64,000 nt of DNA from the sequence record NC_047838.1; one strand, 5' to 3'. Below, in pieces: positions 35,092 through 44,802 of the stretch (position 1 is its first letter; each line of letters opens with the position of its first letter). The position numbers and the translations under genes were made by a program. Under the pieces are notes generated by a model. The model saw only the letters and a program-made list of their open reading frames with translations, did no database searches and was not told where the DNA came from.

Positions 35092-35894
35092 TTGGATTTA
35101 ATTATCTTGGCAAACTGGGGCAACTTGGAAATCAAATGTTCCAGGTTGCTGCCCTGAAAGGTATTGCTGCCAATCGTGGTTTTAACTTTTGCTTTCCAAA
35201 CCATGATGAAGTTTTTGATGATGGTATCGGAAACAAACTGCACATCGAATTGTTCAAACCATTCAAGTTGTCTCGCACCAGTCAACTGAATCTTCAGGCA
35301 ATTGATCCTGACAGACCTGTAGTTCAGGAGCAAGGATTTCAATTCAACGAAACTCTGTTTAATGAGTGTCCTGACTGGGTGAGTCTGTATGGATTCTTCC
35401 AGACTGAAAAATACTTCAAGCATATTGAAGATGAGATCCGTGAGGACTTCTCATTTAAGGATGAGATTGAGGGACCATGTAAGGAGATGATTGAAGCAGT
35501 TGAAGAACCGATTGGTCTTCACATTCGTAGAGGAGATTTTCTTACGAATAACGCTAATCACAACAATCTGACCCTTGAATACTATGCTGAAGCATTAGAT
35601 AAATTTAAGTCAGATAGAAATGTGATTATTTTTTCTGATGATACTGAGTGGTGTAAGCAACAGGAACTGTTCTCTGGCGATAGATTCCTTGTCTCAGAAA
35701 GTGGCAACCCATATGTTGATCTCTGTCTGATGAGCATGTGCTCTGACTTTATTATTGCCAACAGCACGTTCTCCTGGTGGGGTGCATGGTTGGCGAATAG
35801 AGGTACAGTCATCGCTCCTAAGAAATGGTTCGGACCTAATAACGCACACCTAGATACTAGTGACTTATATCCTGAGAGTTGGACTGTGATATGA
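35088..35894 (+). CDS. GT11 alpha-1,2-fucosyltransferase-like
   Basis: GQLGNQMFQ, HIRRGDF, ANSTFSWWGAWL. Confidence 0.92.
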   Translation: MIGFNYLGKLGQLGNQMFQVAALKGIAANRGFNFCFPNHDEVFDDGIGNKLHIELFKPFKLSRTSQLNLQAIDPDRPVVQEQGFQFNETLFNECPDWVSLYGFFQTEKYFKHIEDEIREDFSFKDEIEGPCKEMIEAVEEPIGLHIRRGDFLTNNANHNNLTLEYYAEALDKFKSDRNVIIFSDDTEWCKQQELFSGDRFLVSESGNPYVDLCLMSMCSDFIIANSTFSWWGAWLANRGTVIAPKKWFGPNNAHLDTSDLYPESWTVI

Positions 35895-36607
35895 AACTTG
35901 CCGTTGTTTTTATTGGCACAGGTGACTATATTAACTTCTTACCTTCATATTATGAGGCATGTGAAGAGTTTCTAGTCCCTAATACTGAGAAGACATACTT
36001 TGTTTTTACTGATGGTGACATCGGTGATCCTCCAGAGAATGTGAAACTGTATGAGCAAGAGCATCTGCCTTGGCCATATATCACTCTGGAGCGTTTTAAG
36101 TATATCTTAAAAGCAGAGTCTGACCTAGCAGAATTTGATTATGTTCTCTTCCTAGATGCAGACACCCGTGTGGTTGAGACTGTGACTGAGGAAGAATTGT
36201 TCACCGACAAGAAATATATTGGTGTTCATCACCCCTGCCATTTCTTGGGTATGCCACCTCATGACAACCCTCCTGGTGCCTTTGAGACACGCTTTGAATC
36301 TGCTGCTGGTATTTCAGGTGATGATGACACCTCAATTTACTTCCAGGGGTGTCTGTGGGGAGGTAAGATGCCCTATGTTCTTGATATGATTAGGGAGTTG
36401 GCACAGAGAACTCAGTTTGATTTAAATCGTGATGTCATCGCACAGTGGCATGATGAGAGTCAGATGAATAAATTCTTTTGTGAACGCAGAGAAGACGTTC
36501 ATGTGATGGGACCAGAATATGCATACCCAGAATGCTTTGGAGCATACTGCACCTTTGAACCCAAAATCGTGCATCTAGCAAAGGACAATTCAAAGTATCA
36601 GCAGTAA
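35891..36607 (+). CDS. GT6 alpha-1,3-galactosyl/GalNAc transferase-like
   Basis: FIGTGDY, YFVFTD, FLDAD (DxD), YFQGCLWGG, WHDESQMNK. Confidence 0.9.
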   Translation: MKLAVVFIGTGDYINFLPSYYEACEEFLVPNTEKTYFVFTDGDIGDPPENVKLYEQEHLPWPYITLERFKYILKAESDLAEFDYVLFLDADTRVVETVTEEELFTDKKYIGVHHPCHFLGMPPHDNPPGAFETRFESAAGISGDDDTSIYFQGCLWGGKMPYVLDMIRELAQRTQFDLNRDVIAQWHDESQMNKFFCERREDVHVMGPEYAYPECFGAYCTFEPKIVHLAKDNSKYQQ

Positions 36608-37287
36608 TGTTTAACAGGTATGTAAATAAAGCAGACTTGCTTATCTACAGTAAGTTTATTTTAGATAATCAGTATCCTGATAGATACAGGATGAAGAACG
36701 ATCAAGAGCAGCACCTTTATAAGACACCTGATTGTTATTCAAAGTGGGCGTCTATCCTGATGATGTTTAATGAGATTAAAAAGGATGGTATAAAGGTTGT
36801 CGATCTGGGTGTAGGTGAGGGACCAGTTCCACATATTATCTGTGACCAAGGATATGATGTCACAGGTGTTGATAATATGAGAATAGATCATCCATTTAAG
36901 ACTAGTCTGGTACAGATGATTTTAAGAGATGCCATCGAATTTCTTACAGATATTGAGGAAGAATCAGTTGATGTATTTACTGACAGTTGCTCTGTAACTC
37001 ACTTTGATTTTGGTGGTGGACAAAATCCTGGATGGAAAAATGTGTTATCTAGTGTGTATCAAAAATTAAAACCAGGTGGATACTTTCTAATCGCTAGTGA
37101 TTGTCATGCTCTACCTGAGAGAAAAACAAACGGAGAGTTTTTGTTAGGAGAGGAAATTGCTGCTACTGCAAAGGAGTGTGGATTTACGTTGACCACAGAG
37201 TTTAATAATGATAAGATGGATATAATTTATAGAAACGCTGGTCGAGAAACAGACTTATCCGTTGCAACCTTTATGTTAAAAAAATGA
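36607..37287 (+). CDS. Class I SAM-dependent methyltransferase-like
   Basis: VVDLGVGEG motif I, LKPGG. Confidence 0.75.
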   Translation: MFNRYVNKADLLIYSKFILDNQYPDRYRMKNDQEQHLYKTPDCYSKWASILMMFNEIKKDGIKVVDLGVGEGPVPHIICDQGYDVTGVDNMRIDHPFKTSLVQMILRDAIEFLTDIEEESVDVFTDSCSVTHFDFGGGQNPGWKNVLSSVYQKLKPGGYFLIASDCHALPERKTNGEFLLGEEIAATAKECGFTLTTEFNNDKMDIIYRNAGRETDLSVATFMLKK

Positions 37288-37820
37288 TTAAACTTGTTAT
37301 TCTTGATGTCGATGGTGTAATGACTGACGGCAAGAAGTATTATGATCGTGACGGTAATGTCGTGATGAAAAACTTCTGTGATAAAGACTGGACTGCAGTC
37401 AAACGCTTTCGTGCGATTGGAATCCCTGTTGTATTTTTGACAGGCGACCCCTTCAACGCCAAAATTCTAAGTAATAGAAACTTACCATACGTTGTCAATC
37501 GTGGTGAAGGATTTCATAGAGATAAGGTAAATTTCCTTGATGAGATTCTTCTTGACTACAATTGTGGAGCAGAGGATGTTGTTTATCTGGGTGACGATCT
37601 GTTTGATTATGGTATAATGGAGGCAGTAGGACACCCTTACTCCATGGCAGACTCTCCTGCTATGCTTCAGAACATTTCTGTGCCTCTTGCCTGCAAGGGT
37701 GGAGAGAATGCTATCATGTATCTGTACGAAGATCTGGAGGAACTGGAGATTATTCCTCGTATTCCTTATGATGTTGTCATGGAAAAAATCTACGAACTTG
37801 ATTTGAAGGAAAAATTCTGA
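37284..37820 (+). CDS. KdsC-like HAD phosphatase
   Basis: LDVDGVMTDG, YLGDDLFD. Confidence 0.85.
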   Translation: MIKLVILDVDGVMTDGKKYYDRDGNVVMKNFCDKDWTAVKRFRAIGIPVVFLTGDPFNAKILSNRNLPYVVNRGEGFHRDKVNFLDEILLDYNCGAEDVVYLGDDLFDYGIMEAVGHPYSMADSPAMLQNISVPLACKGGENAIMYLYEDLEELEIIPRIPYDVVMEKIYELDLKEKF

Positions 37821-38491
37821 TGAAAGATATTTCTCTTTATGGTCACTTGACGATTGATACGATTGTCGATGGTGTTAAAGAAAGAAAGACTCTGGGTTCT
37901 ATGGCAAACGTCTGGAAAGCGTTGCTAGAACTAGATGCGACCCTTGATATTGGTCTCTCACCTATTGATGTGGGTCAAGCGTTGATCTATATCGATAAAC
38001 CTGCTGCTCAACGGTACTCAAAGGTGCAGTTGAGTCTGGTAGAACATCAGGCAAAGATCTACTCATCGAAGATTCATCACCTGATTTACCTTAATGAGTT
38101 GACTCGGACTGATTTCATCCCTGCTCTGGACGGTATTATCACCGCAGACATCTGTCCTGGTAGGTCTGTCAATAAAGAGTTACTCAAGCATGTAGACTAT
38201 CTGTTTATTTCTGATGAGGATATTGATGGTGACTTGTCTGACTACACAGAGGTAACAAGAGGATGGGTAATTCTGCATAGTGCCTCTGGTAGTGTGGTCT
38301 CAAACGGTGAGAAGGAGTTTTTCTACAAGTTGCCAGAGGATTTGATGCTCAGGGATGTGAATGTCCTTGGTGCAGGTGATACATTTGCCTCTTGTTTCTT
38401 GCATAAATTACTACAGAATGAAGGAGATATCCACAACTGGATTGAATTTGCTCATTTAAAGACGACTGAAATCATTAGGAATTCAATATGA
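37820..38491 (+). CDS. PfkB/ribokinase-family sugar kinase (divergent)
   Basis: C-terminal DVNVLGAGDTF signature. Confidence 0.75.
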   Translation: MKDISLYGHLTIDTIVDGVKERKTLGSMANVWKALLELDATLDIGLSPIDVGQALIYIDKPAAQRYSKVQLSLVEHQAKIYSSKIHHLIYLNELTRTDFIPALDGIITADICPGRSVNKELLKHVDYLFISDEDIDGDLSDYTEVTRGWVILHSASGSVVSNGEKEFFYKLPEDLMLRDVNVLGAGDTFASCFLHKLLQNEGDIHNWIEFAHLKTTEIIRNSI

Positions 38492-39645
38492 AACCAAATA
38501 TCCTTGTCCCTATGGCAGGACTTGGGAGCCGCTTCATCAAAGAAGGGTTCAAGGTTCCCAAGCAGTTAATTAATATCAAAGATAAACATCTGATTGACAT
38601 CTCTCTTGATTGTTTGGATTATGAGGGATGCAATCTTATTTTTGTGGTTCGTGATGAGACAGTCTATAATCACCACATGGACGAACTTCTGCGTAAGAAG
38701 TTTGGTGACGACATCAAAGTAGTTATTCTCGATAAACTAACAGATGGATCGGTTTCTAGTTGTCTTTACGCCGAAGAATATATTGACAACGATGCTCCTC
38801 TTATTATTCATACTCTGGATATTGAGTTTAGACCCGTTTTTAATCCTCATGTTATGACAGAGATGGATGCTGATGGACTGATCCTCACATTCAAATCAAA
38901 CTCTGCAAACTACAGTTATGCTAAGGTCGGTGACGATGGATTTGTCACGGAGACTGCAGAGAAGAAAGCAATTAGCAATAATGCCTGTGTAGGAATCTAT
39001 GGATTCAAGAAAGGATCTGACTTCTGCAAGTATGCACGAGACATGATCAACCGTGACCTACGCACTAAGAATGAGTTTTATATCTCTCCACTTTACAATC
39101 TTTTGATTGAAGACAACAAACAGATCAAGACACGATCTGTAGATAAAATGCATGTCTTTGGAACTCCTGATGAATATCACTTCTACAAAGATAATGTCAC
39201 TCGTCGTATTGGTGATAAACCTATTGCCATTTGTTCTGATCATTCTGGCTTTGAGGCAAAAGAAATCTTCAAAGAAGTTCTAGACAAGCATGGTCTGGAG
39301 TATATTGACTTTGGAACTGTGTTGAATCGTGATTGTGACTACCGTGATTACATCGCATCAGCAGTCAAATCTATCGGTGAGCGTGATTGTGACTATGGAT
39401 TTGGGTTTTGTCGCACAGGTCAAGGTGTGAATATCTGTGCAAACAAGTACAAAGGTATTAGATCTGCTCTGATTTATGATAATTTTGCTATGGAAATGTC
39501 AATCCGACACAACTGTGCAAACTTTTTTGCTATCCCAGCAAAGGATGCAGACTATGATGTATTAGATAAGTATCTTGAGATCTGTTCCTCCAATACCTTT
39601 GATGGTGGTCGTCATCAGATTCGTATTCAGGAGTTGGAGAAGTGA
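38488..39645 (+). CDS. Fusion: sugar-phosphate nucleotidyltransferase plus RpiB/LacAB isomerase
   Basis: N-term VPMAGLGSRF...PK; C-term SDHSG, CRTGQG, HNCAN, FDGGRH. Confidence 0.88.
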   Translation: MKPNILVPMAGLGSRFIKEGFKVPKQLINIKDKHLIDISLDCLDYEGCNLIFVVRDETVYNHHMDELLRKKFGDDIKVVILDKLTDGSVSSCLYAEEYIDNDAPLIIHTLDIEFRPVFNPHVMTEMDADGLILTFKSNSANYSYAKVGDDGFVTETAEKKAISNNACVGIYGFKKGSDFCKYARDMINRDLRTKNEFYISPLYNLLIEDNKQIKTRSVDKMHVFGTPDEYHFYKDNVTRRIGDKPIAICSDHSGFEAKEIFKEVLDKHGLEYIDFGTVLNRDCDYRDYIASAVKSIGERDCDYGFGFCRTGQGVNICANKYKGIRSALIYDNFAMEMSIRHNCANFFAIPAKDADYDVLDKYLEICSSNTFDGGRHQIRIQELEK

Positions 39646-39962
39646 TTGAAGCAAATATTCAAGACTTTCATGGGGGATGGTTCGTAGGAGACTTCGATCC
39701 ATCCCTTTTCAAGAACCCATTTTTTGAGGTTGCACACCATAAACATGAGAAAGGATGTGAAACATTCCCTCATTTTCACAAAGTCACTAATGAGTTGAAC
39801 TATATTGTGAGTGGTGAACTCATGGTTTCTGGTAAACATTTGAAAGCAGGAGACATGTGGATCTATGAACCGAATGAAGTCTCTGATGTTGAGTTCCTTG
39901 AGGACTCTGAATTGATTATTGTAAGGTGGCCATCTATTCCCTCTGATAAGTATCCAGCATGA
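39642..39962 (+). CDS. Small cupin
   Basis: GWFVGDF, PHFH...ELNY, PNE. Confidence 0.75.
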   Translation: MIEANIQDFHGGWFVGDFDPSLFKNPFFEVAHHKHEKGCETFPHFHKVTNELNYIVSGELMVSGKHLKAGDMWIYEPNEVSDVEFLEDSELIIVRWPSIPSDKYPA

Positions 39963-40711
39963 AACTAGCACTTTGTTTTTCGGGGCAACCCAGGTTCACA
40001 GAGGAGTGTTCTGGTAGCATTCTTGCTAATGTTATCCAAAATCATGACGTTGATGTCTTCGCACACCTGTGGTTTGACGAAGATTTGCAGACAAAACCCT
40101 ATAAATTTGGTGGAACTGGTGCATGGGAGGCACAGAGAATCCAAGAGAATGCTATTGAGACCTTCCAAAAGATCTACCAACCTGTCAGTCTGGCAGTAGA
40201 AAAGAGCAAATTCTTTGGTGATCCTGACCTTGATGCTGACTTTGAGGCATCAGAAGCAAAGTATTGGCCAGGTGGTATTGAAGAGCAACCAGACTTTCAG
40301 AAGAGACAAATCAACAACAGTCTCTCATATTTCTACAGTCTCTGTGAGGCAAATAGATTAAGAAAACTGTATGAATATGATAATAAGATAAAATATGATT
40401 ATGTAATTAGATGTAGAACCGATAGCGTGGTGCAAGTTCCCATCCCATATGAGAAATTTGACCCTAATGCAATCCATTTTACGTCACTTCAAGCACCTCC
40501 ACCGTTCCTGAATGACTGGTTTAACTTCGGTGGACCCGAAGCGATGGAGTCATTTATGGGTGTATTCCCTCTCCTTCGCAGTTTGATCCGCTCAACTAAG
40601 GAGAGACGTGAGGGAACATGGTGCATCGAACTAATTCATGTGGAGTTGCTAGATAGAATGGGCATCCCCATGCAGAGGCATCCAATCCCCGTCACACTTC
40701 CAAGATTCTGA
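39959..40711 (+). CDS. Putative glycosyltransferase-like protein (paralog of 44799)
   Basis: LALCFSGQPR...YDYVIRCRTD...NDWF. Confidence 0.55.
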   Translation: MKLALCFSGQPRFTEECSGSILANVIQNHDVDVFAHLWFDEDLQTKPYKFGGTGAWEAQRIQENAIETFQKIYQPVSLAVEKSKFFGDPDLDADFEASEAKYWPGGIEEQPDFQKRQINNSLSYFYSLCEANRLRKLYEYDNKIKYDYVIRCRTDSVVQVPIPYEKFDPNAIHFTSLQAPPPFLNDWFNFGGPEAMESFMGVFPLLRSLIRSTKERREGTWCIELIHVELLDRMGIPMQRHPIPVTLPRF

Positions 40712-40712
40712 T

Positions 40713-42287
40713 ATGAAAGTTGTAATTCCCATGTCTGGGATGAGTCGTAGATTCTCAGTAGCAGGTTATAAAGATCCAAAATACCTTTTAGAGATTGATG
40801 GCATGACTGTCATCGAACATATTGTCAATCTGTATCCAAAAGACTCAGAGTTTGTATTCATTATTAATGACAAACATGAGAAAGAGACTGAAGTAGTTGA
40901 AGTTTTGAACCGTATTACAGATGATCCGACCATCATTACCATCAATCAACATAAGAAAGGACCAGTTCATACGGTATTAGAGGCAGAGAGATTTATCGAT
41001 GATGATGAACCTGTCATCGTTAATTACTGTGACTTCTCTATGAAGTGGGACTACGATGACTTTGTTTCTCACGTCGAAGACACCGAGTGTGATGGGTCTG
41101 TGATCTCATATACTGGATTCCACCCTCACATGCTGGGTAGTGATAACTATGCTTTCTGTAGATTAAGAGAAGGATCATATCAGATCGAAGAGATTAGAGA
41201 GAAGCAACCATTTACTGACAACAAGATGTCAGAGTATGCCTCTACTGGCACTTACTATTTCAAGAAAGGTAAGTATATCAAGCATTATTTTCAGCAATTG
41301 ATTGATGAAGAAATCAGTTGTAAGGATGAATATTATGTCAGTCTTGTTTACAACTTGATGATTAAGGATGGACTTTATAACACCGTATATGAGGTCCCAA
41401 ACATGCTTCAGTGGGGAACACCACTAGATGTGAAGATGTATCAGCAGTGGTCAAATTACTATGCTGACAATATGAATGGCATCAAACTTCTTAAAATTAA
41501 GGGATGCACCACCGTCATTCCCATGGCAGGTGCAGGTAGTAGATTCTCAAAAGAAGGATACGGAGTTCCCAAACCATTTCTTGAAGTGAATGGTGGATAT
41601 ATGATCAATCAGGCACTCCGATGCCTTCCTGAAACTGATAATAAGATCTTTGCATGTCTCAGATCTCATATGAGTATGCTGCCCCTAGAGGACTTTGAAA
41701 ACGTTGTTTGGATTGATGAGGTCACAGAGGGACAAGCTTGCACCACAGAATTATTGGTTGACAAAGTGAACGAGGGTGATTCAATTCTACTCTCTGCATG
41801 TGATAATGGTGCTCTCTATGACTCAGATAAGTTTGCAGACCTTATTGAGAATGTTGAGAATGATATTGTAGTCTGGAGTTATAGAAATAATTACACAGCA
41901 CACCACAATCCCAACATGTATTCGTGGTTAGATGTGGATGATGATGGAAATGTTAACAAGGTAAATGTCAAGAAATTCCCATATGGATCAAACCCTGTAG
42001 ATGAATATGCTATAGTAGGGACTATGTTCTTTAGAAATAAAGAAGTTTATAAAAAATCTCTTGAACGACTGTATGAAATCGATGAGAGAGTTAACGGTGA
42101 GTTCTATGTAGATACACTATTGAACACCGCAATAGAACTTGGATACAAGGTCAAGAATTTTGAGATTGATCACTATATTTGTTGGGGAACACCTAACGAT
42201 TTAAAGACTTATAGATACTGGCAAAGATTTTTTACATCTGTAGATTGGCACCCTTATGACTACTATAAAGATTTCTTCACAGATTAG
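40713..42287 (+). CDS. Tandem double sugar-nucleotidyltransferase-domain protein
   Basis: Two N-terminal signatures VIPMSGMSRRF and VIPMAGAGSRF, each ending WGTP. Confidence 0.85.
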   Translation: MKVVIPMSGMSRRFSVAGYKDPKYLLEIDGMTVIEHIVNLYPKDSEFVFIINDKHEKETEVVEVLNRITDDPTIITINQHKKGPVHTVLEAERFIDDDEPVIVNYCDFSMKWDYDDFVSHVEDTECDGSVISYTGFHPHMLGSDNYAFCRLREGSYQIEEIREKQPFTDNKMSEYASTGTYYFKKGKYIKHYFQQLIDEEISCKDEYYVSLVYNLMIKDGLYNTVYEVPNMLQWGTPLDVKMYQQWSNYYADNMNGIKLLKIKGCTTVIPMAGAGSRFSKEGYGVPKPFLEVNGGYMINQALRCLPETDNKIFACLRSHMSMLPLEDFENVVWIDEVTEGQACTTELLVDKVNEGDSILLSACDNGALYDSDKFADLIENVENDIVVWSYRNNYTAHHNPNMYSWLDVDDDGNVNKVNVKKFPYGSNPVDEYAIVGTMFFRNKEVYKKSLERLYEIDERVNGEFYVDTLLNTAIELGYKVKNFEIDHYICWGTPNDLKTYRYWQRFFTSVDWHPYDYYKDFFTD

Positions 42288-43368
42288 ATACTGGGACCAA
42301 AGTCCAACTAGAAGAATCACACCTACGGACAGGAATGGTAGGACAATTGAGGTAGCATATTTTCATCTCGCTCAATTCACAGGATATTCTAAACATTATC
42401 CTCTTCCACTTCTTTACTCTTATAAGAATAAAAAACTCTCTCTACCTTTGAGAGAAAAGTTCATGTCTTTGGACAGAGGAACAGTCTATGAAGCAAGTGA
42501 TATGTTTTTTGAGGATGAACTTCCTGAGGTGCAAAAGACAGTAGACATTCCCGTGTTTTACTTCGTGTATAACATGGCAAACTATTACCATTTTATCTAC
42601 GATACACTGCCATATCTGTACTCTTACTTTAATGAGAAGAAGATTCACCCTGACATGAAACTCCTTGTCAGTCCGCCTGAGGGTCAGGATGATCTGTATC
42701 CTTTCGTATGGGACTCTTTGAACATGCTGGGGATTACGAAAGATGATGTGGTGTTTCTTGACCCAGAAGTGATGTATAACCGTGTATGTGTGTCATCTTC
42801 TCTGACACATAATGGTCTCTCTAACTGTCCACCCCATGACGGTGTGTTTGAGATTTTGAATAGTTTGAAGAGTGACTATATTGGTCCAGAAAAGATTTAT
42901 ATCTCACGTCGCACCTGGGTTCACAATAAAAAAGACAACATCGGAACGGACTATACAGAACGTCGTCGCTGTGTAAATGAAGATCAGATGGCACAGATCT
43001 TTAAACTGTATGGATTTAAAGAAATTTTCTGTGAGAACTTGACAATGGAGGAGAAGATTGGTATGTTTAGGACTGCAAAATATGTCGCAGGTCCTATAGG
43101 TGGTGGGATGTGCAATCTTATTTTCTCTCCTTCAGAGACCAAAGTTATGTCAATCAATAGTCCTACATTCATGGATGTGAACTTGAGATTCGCATACTCT
43201 ATGGTTCATACCGATCTCTTTAACTTTGAACATACAGAGTTTGTGGATAGGCAGGAGGAGAGTGTTGAGAGTGAGGGATCTCTATCTATTACTGGGGGTC
43301 TTAATTCACCTTGGCAAGTTGATCTAAATAAACTATCCAAAATTCTTGATAAATGGATTCAATCATAG
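42256..43368 (+). CDS. GT61/DUF563 glycosyltransferase-like
   Basis: NYYHFIYD, KIYISRR, ENLTMEEKI, GPIGGGMCNLIF. Confidence 0.8.
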   Translation: MTTIKISSQIRYWDQSPTRRITPTDRNGRTIEVAYFHLAQFTGYSKHYPLPLLYSYKNKKLSLPLREKFMSLDRGTVYEASDMFFEDELPEVQKTVDIPVFYFVYNMANYYHFIYDTLPYLYSYFNEKKIHPDMKLLVSPPEGQDDLYPFVWDSLNMLGITKDDVVFLDPEVMYNRVCVSSSLTHNGLSNCPPHDGVFEILNSLKSDYIGPEKIYISRRTWVHNKKDNIGTDYTERRRCVNEDQMAQIFKLYGFKEIFCENLTMEEKIGMFRTAKYVAGPIGGGMCNLIFSPSETKVMSINSPTFMDVNLRFAYSMVHTDLFNFEHTEFVDRQEESVESEGSLSITGGLNSPWQVDLNKLSKILDKWIQS

Positions 43369-44015
43369 AGTTAGCAAGGACGTTAGGTCCATATGCTATA
43401 TGCGGGGAGGGTAACGTCTCCGTGAAGGATGATGACTGTTTCTGGGTGAAAGCAAGTGGTACATCACTTGACACTCTTGAGAAGAAAGATCTTGTCGCGT
43501 GCAAGATGAGTGGTGTGCCTTTTGATTCTCTGGGCATCAAACCAAGTATTGAAACTTCTTTTCATGCATGGTTGCAGCGTGAGTTTGATGCTATCAAGTA
43601 TGTGGCACACACTCATCCTCCCAAGACGATGCAGGTTGTGTGTTCAGAGCAGATTTACTCGTTTGCTGAGCATAGATTGTTTCCTGATCAGGTGGTGAGG
43701 AACGGTGCAAAGTCTTGCGTCGTGCCATATGCCATGCCAGGTAAACCACTTTTAGAAGAAATTAAGAAGAGTGTTCTTGCATTTATAGAGGTTGAGGAAT
43801 ATTTTCCTAAATTGATCTTACTGCAGAATCATGGTATAATTGTAGCGTCTACCTCACACAAAGAGTGTATTGCATCTACTCTGATGTGTGAAAAATCTGC
43901 AGAGATCTTTATTGGTGCAAAGGTTCTGGGTCAAACTAGATTCCTTTCTGCTGAAGAGGTTGAAGAAATTGACAAGTGTCCAAGCGAAGAAAGAAGGAGA
44001 ATGATGTATCGATGA
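43353..44015 (+). CDS. Class II aldolase/adducin family protein
   Basis: GNVS, KPSIETSFH, AHTHP, LLQNHG. Confidence 0.88.
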   Translation: MDSIIELARTLGPYAICGEGNVSVKDDDCFWVKASGTSLDTLEKKDLVACKMSGVPFDSLGIKPSIETSFHAWLQREFDAIKYVAHTHPPKTMQVVCSEQIYSFAEHRLFPDQVVRNGAKSCVVPYAMPGKPLLEEIKKSVLAFIEVEEYFPKLILLQNHGIIVASTSHKECIASTLMCEKSAEIFIGAKVLGQTRFLSAEEVEEIDKCPSEERRRMMYR

Positions 44016-44320
44016 TAATCTACGTTGATATTGACGAGACCATTTGTCATAGAGAAACTTCTACTGACTTTGGAGTGACGCATGACTATACGAAAGCAAA
44101 ACCCATTCAAGAAAACATAGATAAGATTAATAAGTTGTATGATGATGGTCATACAATTGTCTATTGGACTGCACGAGGCAGTAGAAAACAGATTGACTGG
44201 ACTGAACTTACTAAGAATCAATTGGAAGAGTGGGGTGCCAAGTATAATGAACTGAGAACTGACAAACCTTTCTATGATCTTTTTGTTGAAGATAAATCAT
44301 GTGTGATCGAACAACTTTAA
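44012..44320 (+). CDS. Minimal HAD-superfamily phosphatase
   Basis: YVDIDETIC, WTARG, KP, DK. Confidence 0.8.
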   Translation: MIIYVDIDETICHRETSTDFGVTHDYTKAKPIQENIDKINKLYDDGHTIVYWTARGSRKQIDWTELTKNQLEEWGAKYNELRTDKPFYDLFVEDKSCVIEQL

Positions 44321-44802
44321 AAATTATTTCTCACCGAGGTAATATTAAAGGACCTCAACCAGACAAAGAAAATAGACCTAGTTACATCGATTGTGCTATT
44401 GGTAATGGATATCAGGTAGAGATTGATGTCAATCTACGTGATGGTGAACTGTGGTTAGGTCATGATGAACCTCAGTATAAGATCAATCATAAGTGGATTG
44501 ATGAGAGAGCAGATTATCTGTGGTTGCACTGCAAGGACTTTGATGCGGCTAGAGAGTGCTGGCAATATCAAGCATTCTGTCACTCTGGTGATCCATTCGT
44601 TTACACCTCTAACGGTAAGATCTGGTTGCATGGTGAGAATGACAACCTATATACCCTTGACGACATGACTATTATTCCAGTCATTAACGAAGAGGATTCA
44701 AAGTCCTTTGGCACTATGTTGCTGAGAGGGTCTACACAATTTTTTGGAATGCCTTTTGGTGTTTGTACTGACTACCCTGCCATTATTGGAGAATATGTAT
44801 GA
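44299..44802 (+). CDS. Glycerophosphodiester-phosphodiesterase-like (short TIM barrel)
   Basis: ISHRG...EN...VEIDV...LGHD...VCTDY. Confidence 0.7.
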   Translation: MCDRTTLKIISHRGNIKGPQPDKENRPSYIDCAIGNGYQVEIDVNLRDGELWLGHDEPQYKINHKWIDERADYLWLHCKDFDAARECWQYQAFCHSGDPFVYTSNGKIWLHGENDNLYTLDDMTIIPVINEEDSKSFGTMLLRGSTQFFGMPFGVCTDYPAIIGEYV

